Notes under the pieces: model-generated
Told to the model about the DNA's origin: nothing
What the model saw: only the letters and a program-made list of their open reading frames with translations
Database searches by the model: none
Made by a program: the position numbers and the translations under genes
DNA from: a virus
Taxonomy: Duplodnaviria; Caudoviricetes
Virus record (IMG/VR): IMGVR_UViG_3300035200_000037
Location: 1-26,703 of that record
Direction: 5' to 3' (one strand)
Length of the DNA stretch: 26,703 bases
Part shown: positions 7,362-15,216 of the stretch, in pieces
Numbering within the stretch: position 1 is the first letter of the stretch
Layout: every line of letters starts with the position of its first letter

Positions 7362-7762
7362 TGGAGTTCTGGAAGCAGAAGGCGCGGGAACAGGAAAAGA
7401 AGGCCAAAGAGAACGTCGCAGCCCGTATGGAACTCGACCAACTCAAGGCCGCTCAACTGACCACCGAGGAACGACTAACCGCAGAACTTCAATCGGCTTG
7501 CACGGAACGTGACCAAGCCCTGACAGACCTTCTGCGGTGGAAGGTAGCGACCCGATTCGGCATCGCCGACGAGGACGTTGACCTGTTCCTCACCGGAACG
7601 GACGAGGAAACCCTGATCAAGCAAGCCGAGCGATTAGCAGAGCGAACGCCCTCCACTAACGGTGGGCTGTATGTGCCGCAAGAAGGCCGCAACCCGAGTG
7701 GGCCTGCGTTGAACAGTGATGACCTGGAAGGCGCACTGAAACGCAAACTCGGTATCCGCTAA
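7280..7762 (+). CDS. Capsid scaffolding protein
   Basis: Acidic N-terminus, 'FWKQKAREQEKKAKEN' coiled coil, 'LTGTDEETLIKQAERL'; upstream of MCP; GGGAG RBS favours ATG 7280 over TTG 7238. Confidence 0.88.
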   Translation: MADEEGTTEATETDAPEQPDVTKPTETVEFWKQKAREQEKKAKENVAARMELDQLKAAQLTTEERLTAELQSACTERDQALTDLLRWKVATRFGIADEDVDLFLTGTDEETLIKQAERLAERTPSTNGGLYVPQEGRNPSGPALNSDDLEGALKRKLGIR

Positions 7763-7789
7763 CCAGAACACACTGAAAGGCTGCCACCA

Positions 7790-8752
7790 ATGGCACAAGC
7801 AACAGCAACGAATACGGCTGACTTCTCGGGCTTCCTGCGCCCGGAGATTGCTCAGGCGTACTTCGCCCAGACCCGTAAGCTCTCGACCGTGCAGCAGCTT
7901 GCACGCGAGATTCCGCTGGGTATCAACGGCCAGGAGATTCCGGTCTCCACCACCAAGGCGACCGCCGCCTGGGTTTCGGAAGGCGCGCAGAAGCCTGCCA
8001 CCAACTCCGGCCTCGCCCTCAAGTCGATCAAGCCGCACAAGATCGCCGCTATCAGCGTCGTGTCTGCCGAGGTCGTCCGCGCCAATCCGGGCAACTACAT
8101 GCAGATTCTCCGCGATGACATTGCCGAGGCGTTCGCTATCGCCTTCGACAACGCGGTCCTGCACGGAACCAACAGCCCGTTCGGTGCCGGGAACAACGTC
8201 GATGCCACCACCAACAGTGTCGCTATCGGCACCGCCACCCAGGAGAAGGGCGGGGTGTTCGGTGACATTGTGGAGGGTCTGGTTTCCCTCGTCGCCACTG
8301 GCAAGAAGCTGACCGGGTTCGCGTTCGACCGGATCGCGGAGCCGCTTCTGCTGGGTGCCACCGACAAGAATGGCCGACCGCTGTTCGTGGAGACTCCGCT
8401 GGCTGAAACCACTGCTGCTGTCACTCCGGGTCGTCTGATCGGTCGTCCGGCGTTCCTCGGTGACAACGTGTTCTCCGGCAGCGTCATCGGCTACGGCGGC
8501 GACTGGTCGCAGATCGTGTGGGGTGCCGTTGGTGGTATCTCGTACAAGGTGTCCACCGAGTCTGCCGTCACCATCGGCGGCGAACTGGTGTCGCTGTTCG
8601 AGAACAACCTGGTGGCGATCCTCGCGGAAGCCGAGTACGGCTGCCTGGTCAACGATCCGGCTGCGTTCGTCAAGTACACGTCTACGCCCCCGGCGCAGAC
8701 TGGTGCCGACGCTGGCGACAAGGCCACTTCTGCTCGCGTGACGGTCAAGTAA
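7790..8752 (+). CDS. Major capsid protein (HK97 fold)
   Basis: 'AAWVSEGAQKP', 'KPHKIAAISVVSAEVV', 'FDNAVLHG', 'GDWSQ', 'SLFENNLVAILAE'; strong C/G third-position bias; GAAAGG RBS. Confidence 0.95.
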   Translation: MAQATATNTADFSGFLRPEIAQAYFAQTRKLSTVQQLAREIPLGINGQEIPVSTTKATAAWVSEGAQKPATNSGLALKSIKPHKIAAISVVSAEVVRANPGNYMQILRDDIAEAFAIAFDNAVLHGTNSPFGAGNNVDATTNSVAIGTATQEKGGVFGDIVEGLVSLVATGKKLTGFAFDRIAEPLLLGATDKNGRPLFVETPLAETTAAVTPGRLIGRPAFLGDNVFSGSVIGYGGDWSQIVWGAVGGISYKVSTESAVTIGGELVSLFENNLVAILAEAEYGCLVNDPAAFVKYTSTPPAQTGADAGDKATSARVTVK

Positions 8753-8758
8753 CGCCAC

Positions 8759-9241
8759 ATGACCGCGTTGGCCACAGCAAGCGATGTTGAGGTCGCTTTG
8801 GCTGCGTCGGGTAGAGCCCCGACCACCAAGGACGCCGCAACTATCGACTACTTGCTGGAAACCGCATCTGATCTGGTAGCCGCCTATCTTGGTGGCCGAC
8901 CCGATCCGGTTCCGGTTGAGGTCGTGCGCGTGGTTGCCGATGTGGTGGTGGCGGTGCTGACAAAGCCCGCCACCACTACAGCGGACTACCAAGCTGGCGG
9001 TTACTACCAACAGCGTGAGGTCACTGCGACCACAATCAACACGGAGGCACCCGTCACCACGACGGGTCCGTGGTTGTCGAAGTCGCAGAAGGCACGCCTA
9101 CGTCAGTTCCGCATGGTGTACTCCGGGCGTTTGGCGTACCAGATTGACCTCTCCGGTGACGACTACTACCTGGAACCGCTTGATCCCCAAGAGGTTTCGC
9201 TGACAACGCTTACGGGCCGCGTCATCAACGGTAGAACGTAA
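8759..9241 (+). CDS. Head-to-tail adaptor
   Basis: Directly after MCP; 'LATASDV', 'LLETASDLVAAYL', 'DPVP..V..VVA', 'GPWLSK' pattern. Confidence 0.78.
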   Translation: MTALATASDVEVALAASGRAPTTKDAATIDYLLETASDLVAAYLGGRPDPVPVEVVRVVADVVVAVLTKPATTTADYQAGGYYQQREVTATTINTEAPVTTTGPWLSKSQKARLRQFRMVYSGRLAYQIDLSGDDYYLEPLDPQEVSLTTLTGRVINGRT

Positions 9242-9516
9242 TGGCTAGGGGCAGGTCGGGGTACAAACTTGACCGGGATGCTCTGTCCGCTGTCTTGACG
9301 AACGACGTTGTTCAAGGCGAGATTGAAGCCGCCACGAAACGTATCCACGATGCAGCCAACGACACGTTGCGTGAGGGCTGGGGCTACAACTACGACGTTC
9401 ATGTGGTGCGTAAACGGCGCAAGCGTGGCTATGTCATTGGCCGCATTTGGACGTTCACCCAGCACGCCAAGAACAGCAACGCCAAGTACGACACGTTAGT
9501 TAGGTTGGTCGGGTGA
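9241..9516 (+). CDS. Neck/tail-completion protein (HK97 gp10-like)
   Basis: Basic 91-aa protein ending 'AKNSNAKYDTLVRLVG', typical of the gene preceding the tail terminator; TAATG overlap. Confidence 0.62.
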   Translation: MARGRSGYKLDRDALSAVLTNDVVQGEIEAATKRIHDAANDTLREGWGYNYDVHVVRKRRKRGYVIGRIWTFTQHAKNSNAKYDTLVRLVG

Positions 9517-9989
9517 GGCTGGAAACGAAAGAGTGGCTGACTCCCAAGCCAGCACTGTTGGGTGCCGTCACGATCCTGCACAATGCGTTCGCGTCGGTCA
9601 CTCCACCCGTCCCGGTGTCCACGAAACTCCCGGCTCACGTCAGACCGGAGTGGTTCATCAAGGTATCGCGTATCGGTGGAGGCCAGAACGATCCGGCCAC
9701 CGACGTTGCACGGTTCCTCGTTGATTGTTATGGCCGGGACTCTGCAACGTGTGAGGCGATGTGTAATACCTCCCGCGCTGCCTTGCATAACGCGGTGTCA
9801 ACGTGGGTGATCCCAGCCGCCAGGGACGGGTCACCCGACGAAGCTAACCGCATGTTCATCCGGTGGTGCGGCAACGAGTCCGGGCCTTACGATCTAGCTC
9901 ACCCCGACATTCTTGACTACGAAAGGTGGCAGTTCAGCATTGATCTGTGGATTGCCGCTAATGTGAAACCGTTCGCGCCGTCTACATAA
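9513..9989 (+). CDS. Tail terminator
   Basis: 'FIKVSRIGG', 'FLVDCYG', 'GPYDLAHPD', 'RWQF'; directly upstream of the major tail gene; GTGA overlap. Confidence 0.8.
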   Translation: MRLETKEWLTPKPALLGAVTILHNAFASVTPPVPVSTKLPAHVRPEWFIKVSRIGGGQNDPATDVARFLVDCYGRDSATCEAMCNTSRAALHNAVSTWVIPAARDGSPDEANRMFIRWCGNESGPYDLAHPDILDYERWQFSIDLWIAANVKPFAPST

Positions 9990-10060
9990 CAACTGAACAC
10001 CACAACTGAATACCAACCCAATCCAGGCCGTCCCGCAATGCCTTGGAAGGGGCACACATC

Positions 10061-10714
10061 ATGGCTGACGCAACAAACATCATTGCGGCCACTATCAGTT
10101 CGGACGGCGCAAGTATCTACTGTGCCCCGACTGGTACCGCTGCACCCAACGCACCGACCGTGGAGCCGGATGCCGCGTGGATCGAACTCGGCTGGGTCAG
10201 CGAGGACGGTGTCACCAACGGCATCCAGCGCGACACCACCAAGCACTACGCCTGGGGTGGTTCCGTGGTCAAGACCACGCAGGACAAGTACACCGAAACC
10301 TTCAAGTTCGCGCTGTTGGAGTCCAGCCGTGAGGTTCTGGAACTCGTTTTCGGCAAGGACAACGTGACCGGGACGGGCGACAACATCCTGGTGGATCACA
10401 CCGAGAAGATGCTGGATCGCCAGTCATTCCTCATCGACTTCGTGGACGGTGACCGCATCGGTCGCCACTACATCAAGGACGGCATGGTCACCGAGGTCGG
10501 CGATCTGGTCTACACCCACAAGGGTCTGCTGCAGTATGAGCTGACCGTGGACGTTTACAAGCCTGCCGATGGTACGGCTGCGGTGGAAACCTCCTTCGCT
10601 AAGGCTCCTGCTTCTGGCGGCACCGCCCAGCAGGGAGCCACTGGTGGTGGGGCTGACGCCGGATACCAGGCACCGACCACCGCCAACGTCCAGGTCAAGG
10701 CCAAAGGCGCATAA
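10061..10714 (+). CDS. Major tail (tube) protein
   Basis: 'APTGT', 'LGWVSEDGV', 'AWGG.VV', 'F.LLES', 'VTEVGDLVY', 'YELTV'; GGAAGGGG RBS favours ATG 10061. Confidence 0.92.
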   Translation: MADATNIIAATISSDGASIYCAPTGTAAPNAPTVEPDAAWIELGWVSEDGVTNGIQRDTTKHYAWGGSVVKTTQDKYTETFKFALLESSREVLELVFGKDNVTGTGDNILVDHTEKMLDRQSFLIDFVDGDRIGRHYIKDGMVTEVGDLVYTHKGLLQYELTVDVYKPADGTAAVETSFAKAPASGGTAQQGATGGGADAGYQAPTTANVQVKAKGA

Positions 10715-10719
10715 GAGTC

Positions 10720-10768
10720 CTCCCTGGTAGGTGGTTGTACCTGGGACGGCCTGCCACCTACCAGGGAG
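10720..10768 (+). promoter_or_regulatory. 15-bp perfect hairpin with a 19-nt loop between the major tail and chaperone genes
   Basis: CTCCCTGGTAGGTGG (10720-10734) pairs with CCACCTACCAGGGAG (10754-10768); no U-tract follows. Confidence 0.7.
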
Positions 10769-10819
10769 CCTCACGCTCTCGGCTGTCCCACCCAACAAAG
10801 ATGAAAGGCCGTCCAGCCC

Positions 10820-11209
10820 ATGAAGATTCAAGTACCTAGCACTGACGACCCCCGCATGTTGATCGAAATGGAGGTGGAGGGCATCACTATCTCCGTGCCG
10901 CGTTTCGACTTCATCAGCGAGGACGAGATCGACGCAATACAGGAACAGATCGACGCTATCGACGCTGATCTGCCAGCCCATCGGCAGCAACGCGAGATGA
11001 TCGTCATCCACCTGAACCACTTTTGCGACGAGGAACAGCAAGCTGTTGTTGCTGGTCTAGCCCTCGGTCAGTTGCGGTTCATGATGGACACTTGGACTGA
11101 ACAGTCGAGCATCAGCCTGGGAAAATATTTGGCATCCGAGCCGTCCTCGACGGAGACCACGGTGAAGCGATCCTCGCGGACCTCCTCAAACAAGGGTGGC
11201 GGCGGCTAG
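10820..11209 (+). CDS. Tail assembly chaperone (gpG-like)
   Basis: Between major tail and tape measure; contains slippery heptamer G-GGA-AAA at 11119-11125. Confidence 0.85.
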   Translation: MKIQVPSTDDPRMLIEMEVEGITISVPRFDFISEDEIDAIQEQIDAIDADLPAHRQQREMIVIHLNHFCDEEQQAVVAGLALGQLRFMMDTWTEQSSISLGKYLASEPSSTETTVKRSSRTSSNKGGGG

Positions 11210-11505
11210 ACATTGGTCGCGGCTTGTCATGGCAGGAGGTTCGCATCATCATCGAACATCTACCTCCTACTGGCGAGTCGGCCTACTTCCGGTCGCGGTA
11301 CCCGAGGTCGTGGTGGTGGACACCAGATGTGGACTTCCAGGCTTCGCTGCTCCTTGCTATTCAGGCCGGGAACTGGCAGCGGAGCGGCGGTAAGGGTGAC
11401 AAACCGAAACGCATCAACCGACCCAAAGAGGTCAAGCAGAACATGACTGCTGCTGATGTTGAACAACGCAAGAAACGATTGAAGGCGGCACGCTATGGCA
11501 ACTGA
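10820..11505 (+). CDS. Tail assembly chaperone gpGT-like, -1 programmed frameshift product (~228 aa)
   Basis: GGGAAAA at 11119-11125 is in X-XXY-YYZ register; the -1 frame is open from 11125 (IFGIRAVLDGDHGEAILADLLKQGW...) into the 11224..11505 ORF. Confidence 0.85.
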
Positions 11506-14254
11506 GGTCGGTACCGCTTACGTCAGTGTTCTCGCCAAAACCACTGAGGCTGAGAAGGGTATTAAGGCTTCGCTTGATAAGTCGGTGAAAGAGGCCGACA
11601 AAGCTGGCAAGACCATGGGCGACAAGCTTTCGGCTGGCTTGACGAAGAACATGGACAAGACGGGGGCCAAGACTGGCACCGCCTTCAACAAGGGGTTTGC
11701 CCCGAAGGTCACGTCATCGGGCAAGAACGCCATGCAAGGTCTGTCGCAAGCCATGATGGGTGGCGCGGAAGGCCTTGGAGGAAACCTTGGTGGCGGCATC
11801 ATGGGTTCCCTCGTTGGAGCCTTGAACAAGGGCGCGTCTAACGCGATTGGTGCGCTGGACGATATTGGTGCCAAGGGTGGCTCGGCCATGCAAAGCAAGG
11901 TCATGGCGGCTGCTTCTGTCGCTGCTGGCGGGGTTGCGTTGATCACTGCTGCCGCTGTTGTTGCAGGTAAGGCGTTGTATGACATTGGCGACCAGTGGGA
12001 TGCCGTATCGGACGGGATTCTGTTCAAGACCGGGAAGGTTGGTGCGGAACTCGACAAGATAGTTGCCAGCGTGAAGAAGGTTGGCGGTGACTCGTTCGCC
12101 CCGATAGCCGACATTAGCTCTGTCGCTACGGGTTTAGTGAAGGGGTTGAAGCTATCCGGCGCAGAGCTTGAACTGATGACGAACAAGATCGCCAACTACA
12201 ACAGCATGGCTCAGGAGAACGGTGTGGACCCGATCAACCTGACAGAGTTTATGAAGGCCATGAAGCGGTTCAAGATGGACGGCGACGTGGATGCCATGAG
12301 CGAGATGTTGGACGCTCTGTTCGTCACGTCGCAGGACACGAACATTCCGTTGAACACGTTGATCACCACCATGAAGAATGTTGGCACCCAGGCTCAAGGT
12401 TTCAAGATTCCTGCGGAGAAGGTCGTGCAGATACTTGCCGCCTTCGATGACGCTGGTATGGATGCCGCTACAGCAATGGTCGGGTTCAAGTTCGCCATGA
12501 AGAACCTCGCCGGGGAGATGGACCCCGCTGGGGCGTTACGCCAACAAGTGCAGACCATCCAAGACCTCGCTAACTCCACCGATGAAGTGGCGCAAGCCAA
12601 AGCACGCGAGATGACGCAAACCCTGTTCGGCAAGAAGGCATGGGAAACCTACTTCGAGTTGATCAAGGACGGCAAGATCGACATTGACAACCTCAACACC
12701 ACCACCAGGGATAGCAAGGACGCAATCAACGAAGCCAGGGATGCGACCGCCGACTTCTCGCAGCAGTGGCAGCGGTTCAAGAACTTCCTGTCCACCGAAC
12801 TTGAACCCATTGCGACCAGGGTGTTCACAAGCATCAATGACTTCCTCGACACGTTCGTCACGAAGCTGCGTGGAGCGATTGACGATCTCAAGGCAGACGG
12901 TGGACTGTTCGGGCCGAACTCTGCCTTTGGCCGCTTGTACCGTGGGATCACTGGTGGCGGTTGGGAAGATGCCCCTCCGGGTGGTTGGGGTGGCAACCTT
13001 GGTGAGAACGGCGGCGCAAACCGTAGCGCATACGGGTTGCAGTCGGGTGCCGCCGACTTGCAGGAGCGGATTGCCCAAGCGTTCCCAGCGGTCAAGGACA
13101 TTGGCGGGTTCCGGGCTAATGACAAGTACCCGGATCACCCGTCCGGTAAAGCCATTGACGTGATGATCCCACCGGAGTTGGTGGGCACACCGATGGGCAA
13201 GTTCCTCGGTGACTCCATCAACAAGTACGCCTTGCAGAACGGTGCCGCTTATACGATGTGGGGTCAAACCCAGTACATGAGTGACGGCACGGTCAAGGGT
13301 ATGGAAGATCGTGGTTCACCCACCCAAAACCACATGGATCATGTGCATATCCTCACCAGGGATACGGGTGGTGTTCTCCCTCCGGGCATTTCGGTCATTC
13401 GGAACGGCACTGGCCGGGATGAGTTGATCCTGAACCCGGAACAGCAGAAGTTCCTTGCCGAGCAGGGGATAGATGTGAACGCCCTGCTGAATGGTTCACA
13501 GCCGCCGTTGGAGGATGAGCCAGGATGGAACTGGCGCACCCAAGGAAACAAAACCGCAGGCCCAGGGGTTGCTGGGCAGCCGTTGGAGGATGAACCCGGT
13601 TGGGATTCAGCCACTATGGGCAACAGGAGCGGTGCCGTTCATGGCGCATCTAACGGTGCCCTTCCCGGCCCGACCGCATCTAACCGGACGGAAGGGTTCA
13701 TCCCTGTCGCTGCCAGCAGTGGAGGGGTGGCAGGGACGGGCATGTTCGCCAAGTTCCTGAACATGGGTGGTGAGGCTGCGTCGGGTGCCATTGACCTCGC
13801 TGCTCAGGGCGCGTCGATGGGCGCGACTGCTATGGCTCCTGGCTCTGCTATGGGTATTCAGATGGGTGCTGCTGTCGCCAAACGCGGCGTGCAGTATGGG
13901 TTCCAGATGGCCGGGATCGTCGGTGACGCACTGATCGAACAGCTGTTCCCATTCGGTGCCCCCCGGTGGCTTGGATACGACTACACGGACTTCGCCCCCG
14001 GTAGCGGCGGTCAACCGTTGGGTATCACCACTGGTGAGCAAGCCACCAACGAAGTGTTAGGCCTAGATGGGGCGCAGCAACCCGACCCCGGACTAGCCTC
14101 CACCGACGCTATTGATGTGAACAGTCTGCAACCCCAAGCCAGCCCACCACTCGTCAACATTGGGTCCATCAACGGGGTCAACCCGGATGACGTGGGCAAG
14201 ATCATCACAGACCGCCAGAGGCTCGCACAGATGCAATATGGTGGAAGGCCATGA
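11495..14254 (+). CDS. Tape measure protein with a C-terminal putative peptidoglycan peptidase motif
   Basis: 'MATEVGTAYVSV' start; Ala/Gly-rich helical 919 aa; 'DHPSGKAIDVM...NHMDHVHI' Zn-peptidase-like motif; 'DTGGVLPPG.....NGTGRDE'. Confidence 0.93.
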   Translation: MATEVGTAYVSVLAKTTEAEKGIKASLDKSVKEADKAGKTMGDKLSAGLTKNMDKTGAKTGTAFNKGFAPKVTSSGKNAMQGLSQAMMGGAEGLGGNLGGGIMGSLVGALNKGASNAIGALDDIGAKGGSAMQSKVMAAASVAAGGVALITAAAVVAGKALYDIGDQWDAVSDGILFKTGKVGAELDKIVASVKKVGGDSFAPIADISSVATGLVKGLKLSGAELELMTNKIANYNSMAQENGVDPINLTEFMKAMKRFKMDGDVDAMSEMLDALFVTSQDTNIPLNTLITTMKNVGTQAQGFKIPAEKVVQILAAFDDAGMDAATAMVGFKFAMKNLAGEMDPAGALRQQVQTIQDLANSTDEVAQAKAREMTQTLFGKKAWETYFELIKDGKIDIDNLNTTTRDSKDAINEARDATADFSQQWQRFKNFLSTELEPIATRVFTSINDFLDTFVTKLRGAIDDLKADGGLFGPNSAFGRLYRGITGGGWEDAPPGGWGGNLGENGGANRSAYGLQSGAADLQERIAQAFPAVKDIGGFRANDKYPDHPSGKAIDVMIPPELVGTPMGKFLGDSINKYALQNGAAYTMWGQTQYMSDGTVKGMEDRGSPTQNHMDHVHILTRDTGGVLPPGISVIRNGTGRDELILNPEQQKFLAEQGIDVNALLNGSQPPLEDEPGWNWRTQGNKTAGPGVAGQPLEDEPGWDSATMGNRSGAVHGASNGALPGPTASNRTEGFIPVAASSGGVAGTGMFAKFLNMGGEAASGAIDLAAQGASMGATAMAPGSAMGIQMGAAVAKRGVQYGFQMAGIVGDALIEQLFPFGAPRWLGYDYTDFAPGSGGQPLGITTGEQATNEVLGLDGAQQPDPGLASTDAIDVNSLQPQASPPLVNIGSINGVNPDDVGKIITDRQRLAQMQYGGRP
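13504..13627 (+). repeat. Two-copy intragenic repeat in the tape measure gene (PLEDEPGW.....GN)
   Basis: GCCGTTGGAGGATGA at 13504 and 13579 (75-nt spacing); peptides PLEDEPGWNWRTQGNK and PLEDEPGWDSATMGNR. Confidence 0.8.
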
Positions 14255-15216
14255 CCACCATCAAGAGCATCAAGATACGGAAGGCCAACAAGAACTTCCA
14301 TGTGTACGGCGAGAACGCCGGAAAGGAAGGTGTTTGGCTTGCTCATGGTCAGGTCAACGGCATCTACGACGCACCCGTAACCTCAACATGGAAGGCCGGA
14401 GCCTTCCAAGAGGGTTCCTCGCAGAAGTCCACCAAATACATGCCCCGCGATATGCTGCTGGGCTTCCACATCGTTGACACCGCAACCCCTTGGGAGTTCA
14501 ACGATTCAGAGTTCCGGCTGATGTTCGACTACGAACCCGACCGCTGGTGGGGTGCCGACTACGAACCAACCCACATCATTGTGGAAACAGAACAGTCCGG
14601 TGTCCGCAAACTTGAAGTGCTGATGACTGAGGCACCCGAGTTCGATATGCCGACAGACCCGTCCATGCAGAAACACGGCAACGTGATTATGAAGCTGCGC
14701 GCCGGGAAACCCTTCTGGACAACCGATGATTATGTGAGTGAGTTCAACGGAACCCAAGCATCCGGCACCGGAACCGTCACAGTGACGAATCCAACCGATA
14801 GGGTCGCCTACCAGAAAATGGTTCTCACGCAGGGAACATGGGTGATACCCGACTACGAGTTCGTCGGCCCTCCCGGTCAACGCACCATCGGCTACCAACG
14901 CACCGTCACCATCCCTGTCACCGCAGCTAACGGCGGCGCGGTGGTCGATTGGGACAAGCAGGAACTCATGTTCCGAGACAGCAACAACACCAACATGCTT
15001 GGGCAGCTTGCCGGGGTGTTCGTGGAGTTCCCGATCCCGCCCTATACGCCGCCGACACAGTTCCCGGTGTCTTACACGGACGCCCCTGCCGGGGGTGCAA
15101 CGTGTCATCTGCGTATCCCGCAGCGTTGGTCAAGGCCGTGGGGGTTGGAGTTGAACCCTGTATCGGCTCCTGCCGGGGCTACTGGTCCCGCCCATGATCC
15201 TGCTGCGGGGGGCTGA
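14251..15216 (+). CDS. Minor tail protein (distal tail, Dit-like)
   Basis: First gene after TMP; 'GVWLA...V.GIYDAPV', 'NPTD', 'PIPPYTPPT', 'WSRPWG'. Confidence 0.85.
   Translation: MTTIKSIKIRKANKNFHVYGENAGKEGVWLAHGQVNGIYDAPVTSTWKAGAFQEGSSQKSTKYMPRDMLLGFHIVDTATPWEFNDSEFRLMFDYEPDRWWGADYEPTHIIVETEQSGVRKLEVLMTEAPEFDMPTDPSMQKHGNVIMKLRAGKPFWTTDDYVSEFNGTQASGTGTVTVTNPTDRVAYQKMVLTQGTWVIPDYEFVGPPGQRTIGYQRTVTIPVTAANGGAVVDWDKQELMFRDSNNTNMLGQLAGVFVEFPIPPYTPPTQFPVSYTDAPAGGATCHLRIPQRWSRPWGLELNPVSAPAGATGPAHDPAAGG

Noticed and set aside
7634-9010. 458-aa minus-strand ORF
   Set aside because: Antisense shadow of the codon-biased capsid gene.
11224-11505. Independent 93-aa gene
   Set aside because: Better explained as the -1 frameshift extension of the tail chaperone.
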